A DNA stretch of 64,000 nucleotides from Blastocladiella emersonii ATCC 22665. Taxonomy: Eukaryota > Fungi > Blastocladiomycota. The position numbers and the translations under genes are program-made. Each line of letters begins with the position of its first letter. Within the stretch, counting starts at the first letter, position 1. Below are positions 1 to 9,421 of the stretch, in pieces. Below the pieces are notes generated by a model. That model was not told the DNA's origin, made no database searches, and saw only the letters and a list, made by a program, of their open reading frames with translations. The stretch covers positions 1,612,001-1,676,000 of the forward strand of contig JANHCV010000001.1 of the NCBI GenBank assembly GCA_025594325.1, in the 5' to 3' direction.

Positions 1-1143
1 AGGACGTGCTGGAAGGTGCGCTTCTCGAGGAACGTCTTGCACGCGTACTTTTCCCAGGGCACCTGTTGCGGGCGCGGAAGCGGAAGCGTGTCAGCTTGGT
101 CGCGGTGAAGTGAGAGCGGCAGAGACGTACGTCGGCGAGTTGCGAGTACCAAGTGTGCGGGGCGCACTCGAGGAGCGCAACGTCCTTGCGCGTCTTTAGG
201 CGCTGGGTGATTGAGGTTCGTGTCAGTTCTGCACCGACAACGCGCGCGCGCGAGGTGAGACAGGAAGCGTACACGTAGCCAGTCGCCGTTCTGAAAGCAC
301 TCGTTCCAGTCGTCGTAGCCGACAATGTCCTCGTGGTCGCGGTGGCGCGCGCGCGTGGCCGGAGCCGCGCTGGTCGTCGCCGCGGCGCGCGGCTGGTCGC
401 GGGCCTTGGGGTCCTTGAAGGACGCGTTGCGCAGGACGAGGTAGGTCGGGCGCACGACGTCGGCGAGAAAGGACGGGCGGCCGCCGGCGGCGTCGGGCGA
501 GGGCGACGCGTCGCCGTGGAGCAGGTCGAGGAGCGCGGCGTGGAAGGTGAAGGCGAGGAACTCGGGGCAGAAGCGCAGGTTCGCGGCCTCGCCCCAGATC
601 GACAGCCACAGCAGCACCTGGGCGAGCAGGCGCGTCGACGACTGGGTCTCGGGCTGCAGGCTGGCGAGGTGCGCCTCGGCGCGGGTAGTAGGCGTTAACG
701 CGGGCGCTCCGTCGTCACCGGGTGGCGCAGCAGCAGCGGGCGCGGTGGGTGCGGAAGAGGCCTGCGAGAAGAGGGCCGCAGCAACGGACGGCGAGCGGAC
801 CCACTGGGCGTAGTTGGCGTGCGGGCCCGAGACGTACTCGCGGTGCACGTCGGCGAGCGCGGCGGCGTCTGAAACCGCGCGCGAGCTGCGCGAGAGCAGG
901 ATGCTCGTGATGAGGGCGACCTGATGGCAAGGAAGGTGAGTGATCTGTCGGCCACCACGCGATGATGCATGAGCGGCGAGCACGCACCTGGTTGGCGACG
1001 CTGGCGGGCTGGAAGCCGAAGCGCTGGACGAGGTAGGCGGCGAGGTCGCGCAGCTCTTCTCGCCAGTCCATGGCGGGCGTGGCCGAGCCCGTGTGGCCGC
1101 CAAGGCCGCTGTCGACGTCGTTGCGGGACGGCGGGGCCGTCAT
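1..1143 (-). CDS. FKS1: 1,3-beta-glucan synthase (FKS1/callose synthase family), 5' part; runs off the left edge
   Basis: The spliced translation (introns ~987-921, 272-203, 130-63, all GT..AG) gives QRFGFQPASVANQ, LLWLSIWGEAANLRFCPEFLAF, GYDDWNECF and KTFLEKRTFQHV. These match the conserved FKS1 N-terminal domain motifs (FGFQ..NV.NQ, WGEA.N.RF.PE.L, YDD.NE.F, KT..E.RS..H). Confidence 0.88.
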
Positions 1144-2404
1144 GGTGTATGGGCGCGGCGGCGGGATAGTGTATGCGGGCCAGCGGCGCGCGTGGGGTAT
1201 AGAGCAAGGGAGCAGGTGGCGGTCGAGCGAGGGCGTGCGAAAGTGTGCGATGCTGCCGGGCAGCAGGGGGGCGGCGACGGCGTCGAGGGGGGCGGCGACG
1301 GCGTCGAGGGGGCCGTCGTTCGTGACGGCGAGCCGAGCGGGCGGGGAGCGGCGGGAGCGCGGGCACCCCGCCGTCGCGCGCGCCGTGGTCGCTCGGGCAG
1401 GGCCGCGTGTGTGTCACCGGCATGCCGGCGCGCCGTGTCTCATGCCCACCCACGCGCGATCATGGCGGCGAGACCGGGTCGCGGCCTGGGCCAGGGTGAG
1501 ACCTTGGCGGCGACATGGGTCACGTCGTTGCCCCGAGCGATCGGCGGGGCACGTCGAGGAACACGTTGCGGCGCGGCGCGCGCCTGGTCGCGCGAGGCCA
1601 CCGATGCCGCTGCTGTCGTCGCCGAATGTCTCACGGCGTGTCTCGCGGCGCGAGGGCGCGATCACGCGCGGCGCTTGCAGGTCGAGCCGGCGGGTGAAAT
1701 GCATCAAGTTGGGAGGTGCATGAAAGCGTCTGGAAGAGGCAAGTCGGAGCGTGAAATGGAGCGAAGCGGTCGGGCGGTGTGAATGCGCGAGCCGGGTCGC
1801 GGCGACGGCAGGTGGGCCAACAAAACGCGACCCCACACGACGCGATGCGCCACACGCCCGTGTGCTCACCTGCCTGATCGCCGCGTCGCCGCAAGTCGCG
1901 TTGGTCGGTGGCCAGCGACGGGCGCTTGCCGGCGTGGGACGGAACTTGGACGCTAGCCTCTCGCTCTCACGTACTTGTGTAGTTGGCTGCCGATGAGGGA
2001 AGCAAATGCAATCTGAGCGCCAACTTGTGCTAAACGCGTTCCTGCTCGCCTCGAGCGTCCCTTCTCGCTTGCGTGAGATCGCAGCTCGGAACCTCGATCC
2101 GGGGCACGATGGAGCGTGCGCCGGCTCCATGAGAAGTGCTCATTCGCGATCTTTGCGACGCCTCGGGCGCCCATGAGAACAGTACCCAACGAGCGGCCGT
2201 GGAGCACCCGGACCGCCATTGACGGGAGCTGCTCGGCCCTTCTCGAACGAGAAGCGCTCGCACCCTCGTCGCTCCCGCCTTGGTCGATAAAAGGCCCGCA
2301 GATCCCCGCCCTCTCGCCTTCAACGGCATCGACGGACCCTACCCGCCCTCGAGACCTCCTTGCGCATCCACCAACACTCTCACCACCCGCCCAACTCTTA
2401 CAAC

Positions 2405-3469
2405 ATGGCGACCATCGGCTACGGCAGCGCGGACTACTACGGCGACGTCCTCGCGGGCTACGAGTCGGGCTACTACGGCGACTACTCGGCGGCGGCTGAG
2501 GGCGCGTACGAGGCCGGCTACTATGGTGACGCGGCAGCGGCCGAGGGCGCGTACCAGTCGGGTTACTACGGCGACGCGGCAGCGGCCTACGAGGCCGGCT
2601 ACTACGGCGACTACTCGGCTCCGGCCGATGCCGCATACGTGGCCGGCTGCTATGGCGACTACGCGGCGCCGGCCGATGCTGCGTACGAGGCGGGTTACTA
2701 CGGCGACTACGCGGCGGCGGCTGATGCCGCGTACGAGTCGGGTTACTACGGCGACGCGGCGGCGGCCTACGAGTCCGGCTACTATGGCGACGCGACGGCG
2801 GCGTACGACTCGGGATACTACGCCGATGCGGCGGCGGCGGCGTACGACTCGGGATACTACGCCGACGCGGCGGCGGCTGATGCCGCGTACGAGTCGGGTT
2901 ACTACGGCGACGCGGCGGCGGCCTACGAGTCCGGCTACTATGGCGACGCGACGGCGGCGTACGACTCGGGATACTACGCCGATGCGGCGGCGGCGGCGTA
3001 CGACTCGGGATACTACGCCGACGCGGCGGCGGGGTATGACTCGGGTTACTACGGTGACTATTCGGCGGCGGCCGATGGCGCATACGAGTCGGGCTACTAC
3101 GGCGACTACGCGTCCGCGTACGATCCCGGATACTACGGCGGCGGGTACGAGGCCGAGCCGGCCGCGGCCGACTACACGACGGGCTACGGCGCCGATCCGG
3201 CCGCTACCTCGACGGGATACGCCGGCGAGGGCGTGTACGGCGAGTCGGGCTACGCGGGCTACGAGTCGTACGGCTACGACGCGGGCGCCGACCTGACCGC
3301 CGCGGGCGCCGAGGCGTACGGAACCTATGATCCGGGCTACTACGGCGGTGGCGAGAGCTACGCCTACGACTCGGGCTACTACGGTGACGCCGCTATCGCG
3401 TACGATGCCGGGTACTATGCTTCTGGCGAAGCGTACGCGGGCGACGCCTACGCGGGTGGCTGCGCCTGA
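2405..3469 (+). CDS. Intronless Tyr/Gly/Ala/Asp-rich acidic repeat protein (~354 aa), unknown function
   Basis: ATG at 2405 follows a pyrimidine-rich leader and a GATAAAAG box near 2286. About 19 Y[ED][SA]GYY[GA]D units; third codon positions are GC-rich in this frame. Synonymous variation between units (TCG/TCC, GGC/GGT/GGA) while the peptide is kept supports real coding. Confidence 0.72.
   Translation: MATIGYGSADYYGDVLAGYESGYYGDYSAAAEGAYEAGYYGDAAAAEGAYQSGYYGDAAAAYEAGYYGDYSAPADAAYVAGCYGDYAAPADAAYEAGYYGDYAAAADAAYESGYYGDAAAAYESGYYGDATAAYDSGYYADAAAAAYDSGYYADAAAADAAYESGYYGDAAAAYESGYYGDATAAYDSGYYADAAAAAYDSGYYADAAAGYDSGYYGDYSAAADGAYESGYYGDYASAYDPGYYGGGYEAEPAAADYTTGYGADPAATSTGYAGEGVYGESGYAGYESYGYDAGADLTAAGAEAYGTYDPGYYGGGESYAYDSGYYGDAAIAYDAGYYASGEAYAGDAYAGGCA
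2711..3032 (+). repeat. Perfect 156-bp (52-codon) tandem duplication inside the YG-repeat gene
   Basis: 2711-2866 is identical to 2867-3022 by direct reading, plus a partial third start to 3032. Confidence 0.9.
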
Positions 3470-3816
3470 GCAGAGGTGGGCTATGTACCCGTCGGTTTTG
3501 TTCCTCGATTTTCCTCTCCCTTGCTCAAGACAATCCACGCCCTCTTTCCCTCTGGACTTGCACTTCAATACCACAGACGACGCGTTCTTCTCTTCTGCCC
3601 GACTTCTCTCTTGAGGCGAGCGGCAGTGTGGCGCAGCGCGAGGCGCGTTCGTCCCGCCGATCGTTTCAGCACGGCGGCGTGACATCAGGTGGGCCCGATT
3701 TTCTCCAACTTTGCTTTCGTCGGCGGCCGCTTTCTCGGCTCGCACCACGTACCCATCGGGATTCAGGCCAACTCCATTGACGCCGTCCCCGCGCACTCTG
3801 TGCAACCGCCACCGCC

Positions 3817-4407
3817 ATGTATTCCATGAACGCTAGCCGCCACGCGGTCCGGGCCGGGCACCGCGCCATGTCGTCGGCGATCCCGACGGCGACGACCGCG
3901 ATCCCGTCGAAGCCGGCGCTCGGCGAGATCTCACTGATGCCGACGAAGCCACTCGCTCCGCTGCCCATCAAGCTCAAGGCCAAGTCGCTGACCAAGCTGC
4001 AGCCGGCGGTGGCGACGCTGGCCGACGGCACCACGGTTCACCTGAACGCGGCCGCGTACGCGCCGCAGTTCACGCGCGAGACGCTGCCGCCGCCGTCGCA
4101 CAAGTTTGCGGCTACGTCGCTGGCGGCGCCTGGCGCGGACCCGATCGAGCCCCGCGTGCGCAAGGACCTGTCGCTCGCCGAGATCAGCGAGATCCGCGCC
4201 CTGCGCACCTCGGACCCCGACACGTGGACCGTGCGCAAGCTCGCGGCCAAGTTCGGCGTCTCGGGCGTGTTCATCTCCATGGTCGCGCGCTGCCCACCCG
4301 CGCGCCTCGCCAGCCTCGCCGCCGTCGAGGAGGAGCGCGTCGCGCGTCTGCCGCCATCGACGCTCCACCACATCCGCGAGCGCCAGCGTCGCCGCGAGCA
4401 GTGGTAG
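3817..4407 (+). CDS. MRPL20: Mitochondrial large-subunit ribosomal protein mL58 (fungal MRP-L20 family)
   Basis: Presequence-like N-terminus and LSLAEISEIRALRTSDPDTWTVRKLAAKFGVSGVFISMVA, matching the MRP-L20 core (LT.E.I.EIR.LR..DP..WT...LA.KF..S..F...V). Confidence 0.8.
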   Translation: MYSMNASRHAVRAGHRAMSSAIPTATTAIPSKPALGEISLMPTKPLAPLPIKLKAKSLTKLQPAVATLADGTTVHLNAAAYAPQFTRETLPPPSHKFAATSLAAPGADPIEPRVRKDLSLAEISEIRALRTSDPDTWTVRKLAAKFGVSGVFISMVARCPPARLASLAAVEEERVARLPPSTLHHIRERQRRREQW

Positions 4408-4496
4408 GGGTGCTCTCGTGCGGTCCCGCGTCGGTTAGCTGTTTGTTTCGATCTTACTATAAATATTGTCTACTTGTTTCTATCTCCACGCATCCG

Positions 4497-5969
4497 TCAG
4501 CCCTCAACCTGGATCCCGCAGCCGAGGCAGTGGTCGCCGTCATACAGGACGAGGACCTGGCCCGGCGTCACGGCGCGGACGGGCGTCGCGAATCGCACCG
4601 TGTAGTGGCCGGCGTCCCTGTTATGTGAACGTCGATTCTGTTAGTGGCCGTTCGCACGATGACTGTCGCAGAACCACACGTACGCTTGCTCGATGGTGCA
4701 CGGGACGGGTTCCTGGCGGTACCGGATCTGCGCGGACAGCGACGGGCTGCCGGCGAGCGCGCGGGCCTCCTCGCTGGGCAGGATCCAGCGGATCCACTCG
4801 ACGCGGACGTGGGACGAGTACAGGGCAGGATGGTCGCGGTCGGGAACGAGCAAAATGTCCCCAGTCTCGCGGTCCTTGCGCGCGACAAAGTACTTGGTCG
4901 CCTGGCTGTGGATCTTGGCGTTCTGGCCGATCGTGTACTTGGCGAGGCCGTCGTGGGGGCCTGGGAGCACCAGTTTAGTATCCAGTGATGGTAGGAGCGG
5001 TGCTGTGAGACTCGTACCAAGTACGCGGCCGTCCTCGAGCACAAAGTTACCCTTGGTCTGCTCAATGTAGCCGTCTAGACTCGCCAAGGATGTGAGCGGA
5101 AGACTGAGATCCCGATGGGTGAGCGGGAGCATACCCAAAAAGTCGCCAAACCGCTTGCGTTTGCCGATGAAGCAGATCCCCATGCTCTCCTTCTTGTTAG
5201 CAAACTTGGCGAGGCCAATCTCGCGCGCGAGGTCCTTGACCTGGTCCTTGCGCGCGTGGGCGAGCGGGAACAAGACCTGCGGCAGGACGCGGCCGTCAAT
5301 GGACGCGAGAAAGTAGCTCTGGTCCTTGTTGGCATCGAGGCCGCGCGCGAGGTGGAACTGGCCCGGCTCGCTCGCACACGGTTCACGGCGCGCGTAGTGG
5401 CCCGTCGCCAAAAAGTCGAAGCGCGGCTGGCCCGGGATCGACGCGGCGCCCTTGACGAACAGGCGGCGGTACAGGGCGCCGAACTTGATCTCCTTGTTGC
5501 AGAACACGTCCGGGTTCGGCGTGAGGCCGTCCTGGAACGCGGCGAGCACGTCCTCGAACACGGCGCCCCAGTACTCTTTCACAAAGTCGACGCGGTGGCA
5601 CTCCATGTCGAGCGCGCGACACGCCGAGCGCACCTCGGCCCAGTCGGCGTCGCTCGTGCACACGCCCGTCTCGTCGACGGCGTCCCAGTTCTTCATGTAG
5701 ATGCCGGTCACGCGCGCGCCGCGCGCCTGGAGAATGTGCGCGCACACGGCGCTGTCGACGCCGCCCGACATGGCCATGGCGACGTGCGCGCCGCGCGGGA
5801 CGTGTTCGGCGAGCGCCCACGCGGGCAGCGTCGACAACGAGCGACGCGCGGGAGTGGACGCGCTAAGCCACCGCAGCTGCAGGCCGCCAAGCGCGCGACG
5901 GGCGGCGGCGGGGCCGGGAGACAAAGCAAGAGCGCGGTGTGCCAAGCACAGGTGTTTCATGAGGTACAT
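4497..5969 (-). CDS. SLM3: Mitochondrial tRNA-specific 2-thiouridylase (MnmA/TRMU/MTU1)
   Basis: [51 protein letters not shown] and C-terminal [22 protein letters not shown]. Introns 5134-5075, 5017-4961, 4683-4618. Confidence 0.95.
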
Positions 5970-6324
5970 TTGGCCGGCCCGAGGTGTGGGGACAGCGGGA
6001 GGAGCAGGGGCAGCGGAGGCGGGGAATCGGCGGCCTCGGAGAGACGGGGACTCACGTCGCTGATCGGCGCGGCGCACGTGACGCCGGAGTGGCTGGGCCG
6101 GGTCACGCGGCGGGGGCGCGTCGTGCCATCACCTCGGGCGGCGACGTGGCACCGGCGCGACTGCCCCACTGCGGGGAAGGCAACCGCCCTCTGCTCGCCG
6201 TTCGCTCTCTCTCCCGCCCCTCTCTCGACTCGTCGCACTCTATCGCTTCCATCCATCCGCTCCGCGCACTTGCATTGCGCTCTCCGCCCTCCCCCTCCGC
6301 CTTGACCGCCCCACCACCGCCACC

Positions 6325-7319
6325 ATGCCACGCACTACCATGCATCAGCGCCACTCGTCGTATGCCGAGCGCAGGCGAAACCAGCTTGTCAAGGAGAGCG
6401 ACGCCTCGGCCCAGGCCAACTTCAACTCGGACTGGGTCAACTACAAGGGTCAGTACCCCACTGCGATCCGCCGTGCTGCTGCTGCTGCTGCCGCCGCGCC
6501 GCGCCATGTCCGCCGAGGGCCTGCTTGGCTCCACTTGGCCGAGCGCGTGTCCTGACGTGGATCCATCGCGTCCGAGTGCTGTCGTACTGTTCGCCACGGT
6601 CCTGTCGCCCGACCACGCGAGTCCGACGCGCTCGATCCGCTACTGGCGGCGACTGCGCCACGTGGACATCTCTCGACGGACATGTGCGGTGCCAGAACAG
6701 TAGCGGCAGCAACGGCACCAACACCGTCCCCTTCGTGCCGCTCGTTAACCGCCGGCTCGCGTGCTCCTCCGTCTAGGCGCATGGGCGACCAACGTCTTCA
6801 TCATCCTGGCGCTGCGCGTGCTGTTCGGCATCGTGCCCGCCATCTCCTCTGAACTGGCATGGACGCTGACCAACATCAGCTTCAACATTGTACGAATCGG
6901 CTCGCTCGCCTCATCCTGCCCGCCCGCCACAGAGCGCTGACACGCGCCATTGCCCCGTCACTAGGTCTCCTTCTTCATGTTCCACATGATCATCGGCACG
7001 CCGTTCGACTTCAACCAGGGCGCGTGCGACGGCCTGACCCTGTGGGAACAGATCGACAACGAGGTGCAGTTCACGCCGGCCAAGAAGTTCTTCACCGCGC
7101 TACCCATTGGCCTGTACGTCTCATTGCGCGCCCGTTCTCGCGAGACTCGCTCACGCACCCTCCTCGTCCGCGTCCAGGTTCCTCATCTCGACCCACTACA
7201 CGCACTACGACGCGACCAACTTCTGCGTCAACCTGATCGTGCTCGCCATCGTGCTGATCGCCAAGCTGCCGTCCATGCACCGCGTGCGGTTGTTTGGCAT
7301 CAACAAGATCGTGGACTAG
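6325..7319 (+). CDS. ORM1: ORM/ORMDL sphingolipid homeostasis protein
   Basis: Spliced NFNSDWVNYKG|AW..., WTLTN, FHMIIGTPF, LTLWEQID, FTPAKKF, FLISTHY, AKLPSMHRVRLFGIN. Introns 6449-6776, 6890-6964, 7114-7177. Confidence 0.95.
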
Positions 7320-7825
7320 GGAGGGGGCAACCCGCTCGACGACGGGCCGCCCGCTCGAGCGAGCGAGTCCTCGGGGCCGTGATGTGCCCTGCCTACCCTC
7401 CCTCGCCTGCTGCTGCTGCTCCACCCGTCGCCGTCGCCGTGTCCACACGCTTATCTATCCTAACTATCTACCTGTCCGTCATGTCACTGTCTTCTCCCGC
7501 TACACCGTTCCGCTTTCTCTCGCTGCCGCTCGCTGCTCGTCCGTGTCGTCAGGTTCGCTCGCGCGTCCGAGGCCGCGGTGGCGCAGCACGGCCCAGCATT
7601 TTCACGCGGGCTATGCGAGACTAGCTTCCGTGTCTATCCCTGCCCCATGGCAACCTTCTCCTGAGCGTTTTCAGGGCCATCTCCTGAGCATCGCGACCAT
7701 CAGCATGAGGAGGATGACCCGCAGTCGCGAGCACGCGGCGATCAACACGCGCCGAGCCACACCGTCCCCGCCTTCTCTCCCTCCCGTTAACCGACAACCC
7801 ATGTAACTCGAACCGACTCTCTGCA

Positions 7826-9290
7826 ATGGTCATGGAATCGCTCGTTGAGACGCTCACGTCCAATCCGTACTTTTCGGCGGGCTTTGGTCTGTTCGGCCTC
7901 GGTACCGCGGCCGCGATCGCGCGGCAGTCGGCGATCCACGGGCTCGCGCTCGCGCGGCGGCGCATGCTGGTGACGCTGGAGATCCCGTCCAAGGACAAGA
8001 GCTACGCGTGGGTTCTGCACTGGCTGTCGAACGTGGAGCGCGGCATGGTGGTCGAGGAGTCGGCGACGGCGGCGGCGTGGCTGCAGCGGTGGCGGCCGCG
8101 GTCGCACCAGCTGTCGGTCGAGACCACGTTCCAGCAGCACGACAACGGCGCGGCGACCACGCAGTTCGCCATGGTGCCCGGCGTCGGCAACCACTGGATC
8201 CAGTACCGCGGCGCGTGGATGCAGATCACGCGGCAGCGCGACACCAAGATGCTCGACCTGCAGAACGCGGCGCCGTGGGAGACCGTGTCGATCACCACGC
8301 TGCGCCGGTACGCGCACCTGTTCCCGGCGTTCCTGAAGGACGCCAAGGAGCACGCCATGGTGTCGCAGATCGGCAAGACCGTCATCTACACGAGCTACGG
8401 GCCCGAGTGGCGCCCGTTCGGCCAGCCGCGCAAGAAGCGGCCCATCACCTCGGTCGTCCTCGACAACGACATCTCGCACACCATCCTCGCCGACGTCCGC
8501 CGCTTCCTCGAGAACTGGAAGTGGTACAACGAGCGCGGCATCCCGTACCGCCGCGGGTACCTCCTCCACGGACCGCCCGGGTCCGGCAAAAGCTCGTACA
8601 TTCAGGCGCTCGCCGGCGAGCTCGAGTACAACATTTGCATCCTGAACCTCGCCGAGCGCGGCCTGACCGATGACCGGTACGATCTGGCGGGCTTTCCGTC
8701 GGGTGGGGCGTCCGCTCACGCTCAAATCCTGTAGCCTCAACCACCTCATGACGGTGATGCCACCACGCAGCATCCTGCTGCTTGAGGACGCCGACGCGGC
8801 CTTCAACAAGCGCACGCAGACCAACGAACAGGGATACACGTCGGGCGTGACCTTCTCGGGTCTCCTCAACGCGCTGGACGGCGTCGCGGCCGCCGAGGAA
8901 CGGCTCATCTTCATGACGACGAACCACGTCGAGAAGCTGGACCCGGCGCTCGTCCGCCCGGGCCGCGTCGACATGAAGGTGCTGCTCGACTGGCCGTCGG
9001 CGGCGCAAATGCGCAACCTGTACGTCAAGTTCTACGGCGAAGAGCGGGCTGCTCTGGCCGACGCGTTCGTGCAGCGCGTCGAGGCGCGGCTCGCGGACAT
9101 GGCGACGAAGGGAACCCTTGACGCGCCGGGCGTCGAACGGCCGTCTATGGCGTCGCTCCAGGGCCACTTCATCTTCTTCCGCGACCACCCCGAGGCCGCC
9201 GTCGACTACCTCGGCCTCCTGTTTGGCGAGTTCCCCGAGCAGCCGCAGACCGCGCCCGCTGCCACCGCTGCGCCGGCCGCAAAGGAGTGA
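7826..9290 (+). CDS. BCS1: Mitochondrial AAA chaperone BCS1
   Basis: NPYFSAGFGLFGLG N-terminus, GIPYRRGYLLHGPPGSGKSS (Walker A), LLEDAD (Walker B), VTFSGLLNALDG, DPALVRPGRVD. Intron 8677-8734. Confidence 0.96.
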
Positions 9291-9421
9291 TCTGATAGGG
9301 TAGATTACACAGAACTAGTCTTTTATAGTCATTCCGAGCGTGTTGAGCACGACGAGTGGGTCCGCGAGATGCTCGACGCAGAGCACGAGGGGATGGACGA
9401 GTGGAACGCTCGCCTTGGGAT

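Noticed and set aside
1266-1312. 21-bp tandem duplication (GGGGGCGGCGACGGCGTCGAG x2) upstream of FKS1
   Set aside because: A two-copy GC-rich slippage repeat in a UTR/promoter with no sign of function.
2405-3469. Repeat array as a possible CRISPR
   Set aside because: The repeats are in-frame codon repeats without unique spacers, the context is eukaryotic, and there are no cas genes.
2280-3805. Long alternative ORFs over the YG gene (338 aa Thr/Arg frame; 488 aa antisense Val/Arg frame)
   Set aside because: These are by-products of a GC-rich repeat lacking stops. Codon bias and peptide-level conservation favour the YG frame.
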